16,405 nucleotides of DNA from the IMG/VR virus record IMGVR_UViG_2563366929_000009; one strand, 5' to 3'. This DNA is from a virus. Lineage: Duplodnaviria > Heunggongvirae > Uroviricota > Caudoviricetes. Made by a program: the position numbers and the translations under genes. Position 1 is the first letter of the stretch, and the number at the start of each line of letters is the position of its first letter. Below the pieces are notes generated by a model, which worked only from the letters and a program-made list of their open reading frames with translations, did no database searches and had not been told where the DNA came from. Below are positions 7,397 through 13,948 of this stretch, piece by piece.

Positions 7397-8443
7397 GTGC
7401 GAGTATTACTTCGACCTGTTCTGGTACCGGAACTCGGGCTGGTGATCGTTAAGCCGGGCCGTGAATCCATGCCGGTATTCCACAATACCCGGGTACTGGT
7501 GGAGCCGGAACCGAAAAGCATGCGTAATCTGCCGTCCGGGGTTGTTCCTGCCGTTCGCCAGCCGCTAGTGGAAGACAAAACATTGCTGCCGTTTTTCAGT
7601 AACGCACGGGTGATTCGTGCTGCTGGTGGTGCTGGTGCATTGTCTGACTGGCTGTTGCGCCATATTAAATCCTGCCAGTGGCCACACGGCGATTATCATC
7701 ACAGCGAAACCGTCATTCACCGTTATGGTACCGGCGCAATGGTGTTGTGCTGGCACTGCGACAACCAGCTGCGTGACCAGACATCCGAATCACTCGAGCA
7801 ACTTGCTCATCAAAACCTGTCAGCATGGATGATTGACGTCATACTCCATGCAATGAATGGCTCGCAGGAACGGGAATTATCGCTGGCTGAATTATCCTGG
7901 TGGGCGGTCCGCAATCAGGTGGCGGACGCGCTACCGGAAGCGGTATTACGTCGTTCGCTGGGGTTGCGTGCGGAAAAAATCCGCTCAATGTACCGTGAAA
8001 GCGACATCGTACCGGGAGAGCAGACCGCCACCAGCATACTGAAGCAGCGCACAAAAAATCTTGCGCCGCTGCCTCACGCCCACCAGCAAAACCCGCCACA
8101 GGAAGAGACGGTGGTCAGCATTGCCGTTGATCCTGAGTCTCCGGAATCTTTCATGAAACGACCTAAACGTCGCCGCTGGGTTAACGAGAAATACACACGC
8201 TGGGTGAAGACACAGCCGTGTGCGTGTTGTGGTAAGCCAGCCGACGATCCCCATCACCTGATTGGTCATGGTCAGGGCGGAATGGGGACAAAATCTCACG
8301 ATATTTTCACGCTACCGCTGTGTCGGGAGCATCACAACGAGCTTCATGCGGATCCTCTGGCGTTCGAAGAAAAGCATGGTTCTCAGGTTGATTTAATTTT
8401 TCGTTTTCTTGATCACGCCTTTGCAACTGGCGTGCTTGGGTAA
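7397..8443 (+). CDS. DUF968 / YdfU-like lambdoid nin-region protein with C-terminal Cys/His (HNH-like) cluster
   Basis: 348-aa ORF, GTG start with GGAGG Shine-Dalgarno. C-terminus CACCGKPADDPHHLIGHGQGGMGTKSHDIFTLPLCREHHNELH. Sits immediately upstream of rusA and Q, as ydfU does in Qin-type prophages. Confidence 0.75.
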   Translation: MRVLLRPVLVPELGLVIVKPGRESMPVFHNTRVLVEPEPKSMRNLPSGVVPAVRQPLVEDKTLLPFFSNARVIRAAGGAGALSDWLLRHIKSCQWPHGDYHHSETVIHRYGTGAMVLCWHCDNQLRDQTSESLEQLAHQNLSAWMIDVILHAMNGSQERELSLAELSWWAVRNQVADALPEAVLRRSLGLRAEKIRSMYRESDIVPGEQTATSILKQRTKNLAPLPHAHQQNPPQEETVVSIAVDPESPESFMKRPKRRRWVNEKYTRWVKTQPCACCGKPADDPHHLIGHGQGGMGTKSHDIFTLPLCREHHNELHADPLAFEEKHGSQVDLIFRFLDHAFATGVLG

Positions 8444-8455
8444 AAGAGGTGACTG

Positions 8456-8830
8456 ATGCTCATAGATTTGGTTTTACCTTACCCGCCGACGGTGAACACT
8501 TACTGGCGACGCCGTGGCAGCACATATTTTATCTCGGAGGAGGGAAAGCGTTATCGCCGGGCTGTGGCGCTTATTGTTCGCCAGCAGCGGCTGAAATTAA
8601 GCCTGTCCGGAAGGCTGGCGATAAAGGTGATTGCAGAGCCACCGGATAAGCGTCGTCGCGACCTGGACAATATCCTGAAAGCACCGCTGGATGCGCTGAC
8701 GCATGCGGGAGTGTTAATGGACGATGAGCAGTTTGATGAAATCAATATCGTTCGTGGTCAGCCAGTATCTGGTGGACGTATGGGGGTGAAGATTTACCCC
8801 ATAATGCATGAAGAGCAGGTCAAAAAATGA
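8456..8830 (+). CDS. rusA: RusA Holliday-junction resolvase
   Basis: 124 aa. Motifs ..PPTVNTYWRR.. and ..PDKRRRDLDNILKAPLDALTHAGVLMDDEQ.. match the RusA family (catalytic Asp cluster). AGGTGA Shine-Dalgarno. Confidence 0.9.
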   Translation: MLIDLVLPYPPTVNTYWRRRGSTYFISEEGKRYRRAVALIVRQQRLKLSLSGRLAIKVIAEPPDKRRRDLDNILKAPLDALTHAGVLMDDEQFDEINIVRGQPVSGGRMGVKIYPIMHEEQVKK

Positions 8831-9648
8831 AACTGGAAGATTTACCGAAATACTACTCCCCAAAATCCCCTGGCCTGACCGATGCATCGGCCTCAACGTC
8901 AAAAGATGCGCTGAGTATCACTGATGTGATGGCCGCGCAGGGCATGACACAGAATCGGGCTGAGATGGGGTTTTCTGCGTTCCTGGGGAAAATGGGCATC
9001 AGTATGAATGACAGGGCGCGGGCAACAGAATTACTGGCAGATTATGCACTCAGTCGGTGCGATCGTGTGGCGGCGTTGAGAAAACTTCCGGCAGAAATAA
9101 AACCGGTAGTGATGCGCATTATGGCTTCGTATGCGTTTGAAGATTATGCCCGTAGCGCGGCGAGCAAAAAACAGTGCCCTTGCTGTCACGGAAAAAAATT
9201 TATTGAAAGCGAGGTTTTTACAAACAAGATCCAGTATCCGGATGGTAAGCCACCAGTGTGGGCAAAGTGCACAAAAGGCGTGTATCCGTCTTACTGGGAA
9301 GAATGGAAAAAAGTCAGGGAGGTGGTAAAAGTTGCCTGTCCGGAGTGTGGCGGAAAGGGTGAGGTTTCCACCGCCTGTAAGGATTGCCGTGGGCGTGGTG
9401 TCGCCATTCATCGTGAAGAGTCGGTAAAACGTGGTATGCCTGTTATCAGAGATTGCCAGCGTTGTGGTGGTCGTGGCTGTGAAAGGCTGCCATCAACGGA
9501 GGCATTTAATGCCATATGCAAAGTGACGAGTGCTATCACGCTTGATACGTGGAAAAAATCAGTGAAACGCTTTTACGATACGTTGGTGGTTCGGTTTGAC
9601 ATTGAAGAGGCATGGGCGGAGCGGCAGTTAAAGAGGGTAACGCGATAG
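8827..9648 (+). CDS. Q: Late-gene antitermination protein Q-like
   Basis: 273 aa. Start overlaps the rusA stop (ATGA). Lies directly upstream of a pR'-like promoter. Carries four CxxCxGxG-type Cys repeats (CPCCHGKK, CPECGGKG, CKDCRGRG, CQRCGGRG). Confidence 0.8.
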   Translation: MKLEDLPKYYSPKSPGLTDASASTSKDALSITDVMAAQGMTQNRAEMGFSAFLGKMGISMNDRARATELLADYALSRCDRVAALRKLPAEIKPVVMRIMASYAFEDYARSAASKKQCPCCHGKKFIESEVFTNKIQYPDGKPPVWAKCTKGVYPSYWEEWKKVREVVKVACPECGGKGEVSTACKDCRGRGVAIHREESVKRGMPVIRDCQRCGGRGCERLPSTEAFNAICKVTSAITLDTWKKSVKRFYDTLVVRFDIEEAWAERQLKRVTR

Positions 9649-9653
9649 TGTTG

Positions 9654-9693
9654 TTGATTTTTCCCGAATCTGTGGTAAATTTGCTCTAACGAT
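9654..9693 (+). promoter_or_regulatory. Late promoter pR' with promoter-proximal pause element (qut region)
   Basis: -35 TTGATT (9654..9659), 16-nt spacer, -10 TAAATT (9676..9681). Downstream TTTGCTCTAACGATGGG closely matches the lambda pR' initial transcribed region (TAAATTTGACTCAACGATGGG), including the AACGAT pause-inducing element. Confidence 0.7.
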
Positions 9694-9730
9694 GGGCGTT
9701 TTATGCCTGACGTTAGAAGATTTTTTACAC

Positions 9731-9752
9731 CCCGCCGCCTGGCGGGTTTTTT
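9731..9752 (+). terminator. Intrinsic terminator tR'-like
   Basis: Stem CCCGCC / GGCGGG with loop GCCT followed by a T6 run, about 45 nt downstream of the pR' start region. Confidence 0.75.
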
Positions 9753-9872
9753 ATGACTGAAATCGCGTCAGTACAGTAAACGCGCTGGTGGCGGTGAATA
9801 CCTGTCTTTCAGCTTGCTGGCTTTTTCGACAAGAGTTATTGGTGTGTCACGTTAACCGGAAAAGGAAAAGAC

Positions 9873-10070
9873 ATGCTAAAACAGCAGGATATGACAGAAA
9901 CCGCCAGAGTGGTGTTTAATGAATTAAGCGTTACCGACCCGGCGACAGTCGGGGAGATAGCGCAGAATACTTACCTTTCACGCGAACGCTGCCAGTTAAT
10001 ACTGACTCAGCTGGTTATGGCGGGTCTGGCAGACTATCAGTTCGGTTGTTACAGACGCCTTCCGCAGTGA
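9873..10070 (+). CDS. Small hypothetical protein (65 aa) with possible helix-turn-helix
   Basis: AAGGAA Shine-Dalgarno before ATG. Segment ATVGEIAQNTYLSRERCQLILTQLVMAGL looks HTH-like. First ORF after tR' in the late operon. Confidence 0.5.
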   Translation: MLKQQDMTETARVVFNELSVTDPATVGEIAQNTYLSRERCQLILTQLVMAGLADYQFGCYRRLPQ

Positions 10071-10097
10071 AGGCTTTTTTATTTGTGGTAAATGGGC

Positions 10098-10128
10098 GGC
10101 TGGTGGGTGTTAGGGGCACCCACCAGCC
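10098..10128. repeat. Perfect 12-bp inverted repeat (GGCTGGTGGGTG / CACCCACCAGCC) with 7-nt spacer
   Basis: Seen directly in the sequence between the small HTH-like ORF and the methyltransferase. Not followed by a T-run, so more likely an operator or RNA structure than a terminator. Confidence 0.5.
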
Positions 10129-10220
10129 ATCTGCTCATGCGTCCGGATCACAAGCAAACCTCAGGCCCACTGCTTTGCGCAAAAGCAGAATGAGCCTATC
10201 AGAGACAGGCTTAATGATCC

Positions 10221-11270
10221 ATGCTTAATACTGTAAAAATATCCAGTTGTGAGTTAATCAACGCCGACTGCCTGGAATTTATCCGGTCGTTACCCGAAAA
10301 TTCTGTTGACCTGATAGTCACGGACCCGCCGTACTTTAAAGTGAAGCCTGAGGGCTGGGATAACCAGTGGAAGGGCGACGATGATTACCTGAAGTGGCTG
10401 GACCAGTGTCTGGCGCAGTTCTGGCGGGTGCTGAAACCTGCCGGAAGTCTTTACCTGTTCTGTGGTCATCGCCTGGCATCTGATATCGAAATCATGATGC
10501 GTGAACGCTTCAGTGTGCTGAACCATATTATCTGGGCGAAGCCGTCCGGACGCTGGAACGGATGCAACAAGGAAAGGCTGCGGGCGTATTTCCCCGCCAC
10601 AGAGCGCATTCTGTTCGCGGAACATTATCAGGGGCCGTATCGTCCGAAAGATGCCGGGTATGCGGCGAAGGGCAGTGCACTGAAACAGCATGTGATGGCC
10701 CCGCTGATTTCTTACTTTCGTGATGCGCGCGCGGCCCTGGGGATAACGGCAAAACAGATTGCAGATGCCACAGGAAAGAAAAACATGGTGTCGCACTGGT
10801 TCAGTGCCAGTCAGTGGCAGCTACCGAATGAAAGCGATTATCTGAAATTACAGGCGCTGTTTGCCCGGGTGGCAGAAGAGAAGCATCGGCGTGGTGAACT
10901 GGAAAAGCTCCACCACCAGCTGGTGGATACGTATACCTCACTGAACCGGCAGTATGCGGAGCTGCTGAGTGAATATAAACATCTGCGGCGGTATTTTGGC
11001 GTGACGGTGCAGGTGCCGTATACCGATGTGTGGACGCATAAACCGGTGCAGTTCTATCCCGGGAAACATCCGTGCGAAAAACCGGCAGAAATGCTGCAGC
11101 AGATAATCAGCGCAAGTAGCCGTCCTGGTGATCTGGTTGCGGATTTTTTCATGGGGTCGGGTTCAACGGTAAAAGCGGCGATGGCACTGGGGCGTCGTGC
11201 GATTGGTGTTGAGCTGGAGACCGGACGTTTTGAGCAGACAGTCAGGGAAGTTCAGGATTTAATCGTTTGA
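10221..11270 (+). CDS. Orphan DNA amino-methyltransferase, beta-class (N6-adenine or N4-cytosine)
   Basis: 349 aa. Catalytic DPPY motif near the N-terminus (SVDLIVTDPPYF) and AdoMet-binding FxGxG (FFMGSGST) near the C-terminus. Motif IV before motif I indicates beta-class. No adjacent restriction-endonuclease gene. Confidence 0.88.
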   Translation: MLNTVKISSCELINADCLEFIRSLPENSVDLIVTDPPYFKVKPEGWDNQWKGDDDYLKWLDQCLAQFWRVLKPAGSLYLFCGHRLASDIEIMMRERFSVLNHIIWAKPSGRWNGCNKERLRAYFPATERILFAEHYQGPYRPKDAGYAAKGSALKQHVMAPLISYFRDARAALGITAKQIADATGKKNMVSHWFSASQWQLPNESDYLKLQALFARVAEEKHRRGELEKLHHQLVDTYTSLNRQYAELLSEYKHLRRYFGVTVQVPYTDVWTHKPVQFYPGKHPCEKPAEMLQQIISASSRPGDLVADFFMGSGSTVKAAMALGRRAIGVELETGRFEQTVREVQDLIV

Positions 11271-11319
11271 AACGGATGAGATTGCAGAATTAATTACGCA
11301 CCATTATTATTCTGCTCCC

Positions 11320-11395
11320 GGCCCTTTAGCTCAGTGGTGAGAGCGAGCGACTCATAATCGCCAGGTCGCTGGTTCAAATCCAGCAAGGGCCACCA
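11320..11395 (+). tRNA. ileZ: tRNA with CAT anticodon, most likely tRNA-Ile2 (lysidine-type, ileZ-like); tRNA-Met not excluded
   Basis: 76 nt with encoded CCA. Acceptor stem GGCCCTT/AAGGGCC, D-arm AGCTCAGTGGTGAGAGC, anticodon loop CTCATAA, T-arm GGTTCAAATCC. Resembles my recollection of E. coli ileX. Confidence 0.85.
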
Positions 11396-11402
11396 TCACA
11401 TA

Positions 11403-11479
11403 CCGCCATTAGCTCATCAGGAAAGAGCGCCAGCCTTCGAAGCTGGTTGCGCGGAGTTCGGGTCCCCGAAGGCGGTCCA
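11403..11479 (+). tRNA. tRNA-like sequence with UCG (Arg) anticodon; degenerate, possibly a pseudogene
   Basis: Cloverleaf can be drawn (anticodon loop CTTCGAA) but with A.A mismatch in the acceptor stem, a mismatch in the T-stem and an atypical T-loop TTCGGGT (G at the conserved A58 position). Confidence 0.45.
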
Positions 11480-11492
11480 TTATCTGTATCCT

Positions 11493-11569
11493 GCGTTGTT
11501 AGCTCAGCCGGACAGAGCAATTGCCTTCTAAGCAATCGGTCACTGGTTCGAATCCAGTACAACGCGCCA
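11493..11569 (+). tRNA. tRNA-Arg (anticodon UCU)
   Basis: 77 nt. Acceptor GCGTTGT/ACAACGC, discriminator G and CCA. Anticodon stem ATTGC/GCAAT with loop CTTCTAA. T-arm GGTTCGAATCC. Confidence 0.85.
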
Positions 11570-11584
11570 CACTTATTTTCCCTG

Positions 11585-11608
11585 GCTCGCTTTTGCGGGC
11601 TTTTTTTT
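11585..11608 (+). terminator. Intrinsic terminator after the tRNA cluster
   Basis: GCTCGC-tttt-GCGGGC hairpin (one G.U pair) followed by a T8 run. Confidence 0.6.
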
Positions 11609-11614
11609 AAATGT

Positions 11615-11828
11615 CTCACAATTCAGGCGGTTGACTGTTGTCTGGTTTGCGGGGAGTTTGTTAAAAGAAACTGGCATGGTGAATCCCCCTGTGCGGAGGG
11701 GCAATCAGCGAGTAGGTATATGGGATAATCGCGGATTCAGGTGCTGGTACTGAATTCACCGGGAGGCACCCGGCACCATGCAATGGCACATAGCGCCACT
11801 CTCCAGCCCCTCTCCGGAGGGGCTTTTC
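11615..11828 (+). repeat. Structured unit A: promoter-like element, hairpin, SD-ATG and terminator modules
   Basis: Shares conserved blocks with unit B: CTCACAATTCAG, GTTGAC, TTTGTTAAAA, GCATGGTGAATCCCCCTG.GCGGAGGGGC, GGTATA, TCACCGGGAGGCACCCGGCACCATG, AGCCCCTCTCCGGAGGGG+T-run. Blocks are separated by divergent spacers. Tiny ORFs at 11778..11903 (41 aa) and coupled 11903..12004 (33 aa). Confidence 0.6.
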
Positions 11829-12018
11829 TGTGCCGGATACATCACAGTTTCTGGAACCTTAGGTACTACAGTATCAGTCAGGGTGCTATATTTTCAGATG
11901 TGATGAAAGCCTGTCAGCAGGCAGGGCGTATCGGAAATGACCCAGTAGAGAAAACGTTGACTCAGATACCGGTGCTGAGTTACCGGGAAACCGGCATCAC
12001 ATGACCGCTATCCTTCCA

Positions 12019-12045
12019 GGCCCATCCGCTCCGGTGGGCCTTTTT
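12019..12045 (+). terminator. Intrinsic terminator
   Basis: GGCCCA ... TGGGCC stem with 10-nt loop followed by T5. Confidence 0.55.
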
Positions 12046-12082
12046 ACTGCAGAAAACAGGTTCCCCGTTAAATGCTATGTTG

Positions 12083-12316
12083 CTCACAATTCAGTAAGTT
12101 GACAGTTGCCTGTCAGACTGGGCATTTGTTAAAAAAATTTCGCATGGTGAATCCCCCTGAGCGGAGGGGCGACTGGTGACGGTATAATCTCTGATTATCA
12201 AAACGAGAATGACGCGGGTTTAGTGGCACCGGGCTGAACTCACCGGGAGGCACCCGGCACCATGTGCATGATGATACAGATACGCGGCTTTAGCCCCTCT
12301 CCGGAGGGGTTTTCTT
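12083..12316 (+). repeat. Structured unit B (paralogue of unit A)
   Basis: Same conserved module set as unit A. Includes consensus -35 TTGACA (12099..12104) and consensus -10 TATAAT (12183..12188). Terminator CCCCTC-tccg-GAGGGG + TTTT at 12294..12316. Confidence 0.6.
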
Positions 12317-12322
12317 GTGGGC

Positions 12323-12351
12323 AAAAAAAGCCCGCGCTGGGAGACGCGGGC
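12323..12351 (-). terminator. Minus-strand intrinsic terminator, back-to-back with the unit B terminator
   Basis: A7 run followed by GCCCGCG-ctgggaga-CGCGGGC. On the minus strand this reads as stem-loop plus U7. Confidence 0.5.
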
Positions 12352-12544
12352 GGCAAGGAATAAACAATAAAACGTGAAGTAATATTTCAGCTGGCGAATA
12401 ATACCCCATAGTAATCACTCTGCGCAACTGCGCGGTCTTTTTCGAATTGCGGGCTGTCGTCTCTCTTCTGCCATTGTCCTGTAACTTCCGGACTTCAGCC
12501 CGCTCCTTATTTTACTCACAATATTATCCCGGCCGGGAGGATTC

Positions 12545-12772
12545 ATGGCATTTAAACACTATGACGTGGTCAGGGCGGTATCGCCGTCAGACCTTGCGAA
12601 ACGACTGACACAAAAACTGAAGGAGGGCTGGCAGCCGTTTGGTAGTCCGGTGGCCATAACCCCTTATACCCTGATGCAGGCGATTGCAGCAGAAGGTGAT
12701 GTGGTGGTCAGTGGTGCAACTGAGCCGGATTGGTACTACGTCATCGTACTGGCCCGGCATTCCAGGCCATAA
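12545..12772 (+). CDS. Hypothetical small protein (75 aa)
   Basis: Good GGGAGG Shine-Dalgarno 4 nt before ATG. Upstream region repeats short blocks of units A and B (CTCACAAT, CCGGGAGG). No family recognised. Confidence 0.6.
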   Translation: MAFKHYDVVRAVSPSDLAKRLTQKLKEGWQPFGSPVAITPYTLMQAIAAEGDVVVSGATEPDWYYVIVLARHSRP

Positions 12773-12976
12773 AAGACAGTCTGGCAGTGGGACTAAATGC
12801 ACTGACGCTGATGGATATTACCAAAAATGTAACGTATGGCGTTGAGATAGAAAGTCTGGCGCTGGAGATAAATGCACCGGCATCATCATAAAAAGTGAGC
12901 CAGTCAAATGGAAGGTATCGTTAAACTCACCGGTAGTGTCAGTGGGTCGTCTGAGACGCTTGCATGAGTTATCAGA

Positions 12977-13005
12977 GCCATCAGTAGTTAACTGGTGGCT
13001 TTTTT
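12977..13005 (+). terminator. Intrinsic terminator immediately upstream of the holin gene
   Basis: 9-bp stem GCCATCAGT / ACTGGTGGC (one G.U), loop AGTTA, followed by T6. Confidence 0.7.
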
Positions 13006-13040
13006 ATTGTTTTCAGCTTCCGGATAACGGGAGACGGGGT

Positions 13041-13256
13041 ATGGACCAGATGGAAAAAATCACAACAGGTGTGTCATACACCACGTCAGCGGTGGGAACG
13101 GGCTACTGGTTCCTGCAGTTGCTGGACAGGGTTTCCCCGTCTCAGTGGGCGGCAATAGGCGTGCTGGGGAGTCTGCTGTTTGGGCTGCTGACATATCTGA
13201 CTAACCTGTATTTCAAAATCAGAGAGGACCGTCGTAAGGCGGCACGGGGAGAGTAA
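13041..13256 (+). CDS. S: Class II holin (phage 21 S21-type pinholin), dual-start motif
   Basis: [71 protein letters not shown] is very similar to my recollection of S21. Met1 and Met4 give an antiholin/holin dual start. GGGAGA Shine-Dalgarno. The ORF-track upstream extension from 12936 is not supported. Confidence 0.9.
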   Translation: MDQMEKITTGVSYTTSAVGTGYWFLQLLDRVSPSQWAAIGVLGSLLFGLLTYLTNLYFKIREDRRKAARGE

Positions 13257-13260
13257 TTCA

Positions 13261-13605
13261 ATGACTCAAAACTATGAACTGATTGTGAAAGGGATCCGCA
13301 ATTTTGAGAATAAAGTTACGGTAACTTTAGCATTACAGGACAAAGAACGCTTTGACGGTGAAATTTTTGACCTGGACATCTCGCTGGACCGTGTTGAAGG
13401 TGCTGCGCTGGAGTTTTATGAGGCAGCGGCCAGAAGGAGCATCAGACAGGTCTTCCTGGATGTCGCTGCCGGGTTATGTGAAGGGGATGAGCAGTCGCCG
13501 GAAAAGCGCCCCGTAATTTTAGAGGCGCAGAATGTATGGATAACCTACAAAGGAAAGCTACCGGGAAGGATTACTGGTTCCCTGAAGACTCCGCCGAAAT
13601 GGTAG
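13261..13605 (+). CDS. Hypothetical protein in the holin-endolysin interval (ydfR-like position)
   Basis: 114-aa ORF with GGGAGAG Shine-Dalgarno, starting 5 nt after the holin stop. Family not recognised from sequence. Confidence 0.65.
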   Translation: MTQNYELIVKGIRNFENKVTVTLALQDKERFDGEIFDLDISLDRVEGAALEFYEAAARRSIRQVFLDVAAGLCEGDEQSPEKRPVILEAQNVWITYKGKLPGRITGSLKTPPKW

Positions 13606-13843
13606 TTTTGCCAGCATAATTTTCTTCCAGCAATGCCGCCAGCCACTTGAAAGAATTTTGTTGTTCCTGGGACCATTTGGGGTTGCGTGATTCAAAATGA
13701 ATGGATGCCAGCGTTGGCAGCATTTGCTCCCTGGGAATTGATAAGGCCAGATGTGAAAATGCAACAGTGAGGGCATTTACATCATCCCGAAGCCTGGAAA
13801 TGCAGTCGAGCAACTCCTGTAGAGAAATGGTGCTATTGTCCAT
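13571..13843 (-). CDS. Candidate antisense-oriented gene (90 aa) inside the lysis cassette
   Basis: Minus-strand ORF with good AGAGGA Shine-Dalgarno 6 nt before ATG. Its 3' end overlaps the 3' end of the 13261..13605 ORF by 35 bp (convergent). No family recognised. Confidence 0.4.
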   Translation of the reverse strand: MDNSTISLQELLDCISRLRDDVNALTVAFSHLALSIPREQMLPTLASIHFESRNPKWSQEQQNSFKWLAALLEENYAGKTTISAESSGNQ

Positions 13844-13948
13844 AAATAATCCTCTTGATTGTCTTTACCTTTTCCCCGCCTGATTCAACAGGCCGGGACA
13901 GATAAACATATCCAGGGTTCAGAAACCGATAAATCCTGATAAATATCC

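Noticed and set aside
7351-8299. Minus-strand ORFs (7351..7578, 7565..7756, 7839..8099, 7985..8299) and plus-strand 7617..7832 and 7857..8042 overlapping the DUF968 gene.
   Set aside because: Shadow ORFs in GC-rich coding sequence. The 348-aa plus-strand frame has an RBS and a conserved C-terminal motif and fits operon organisation with rusA.
10290-10796. 168-aa minus-strand ORF and 74-aa ORF (10528..10752) inside the methyltransferase gene.
   Set aside because: They are antisense to a frame with clear DPPY and FxGxG motifs; no RBS and implausible composition.
11600-12360. CRISPR array or retron ncRNA as an explanation for the repeated hairpin-containing units.
   Set aside because: Only two copies, about 215 bp each, with internal promoter, SD-ATG and terminator modules. 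There is no short regular repeat-spacer periodicity, no adjacent cas or reverse-transcriptase gene.
11270-13040. Possible Shiga-toxin locus: the Q / tRNA (Ile-Arg-Arg) / lysis arrangement resembles Stx-converting phages, where stxAB follow the tRNAs.
   Set aside because: No ORF resembling StxA (~319 aa) or StxB (~89 aa) occurs anywhere between the tRNAs and the holin; only tiny ORFs and a 75-aa unrelated ORF are present.
12936-13040. ORF-track N-terminal extension of the holin (106 aa from 12936).
   Set aside because: The extension runs through an intrinsic terminator hairpin. The S21-type holin starts at ATG 13041 with a GGGAGA Shine-Dalgarno, matching the canonical 71-72 aa length.
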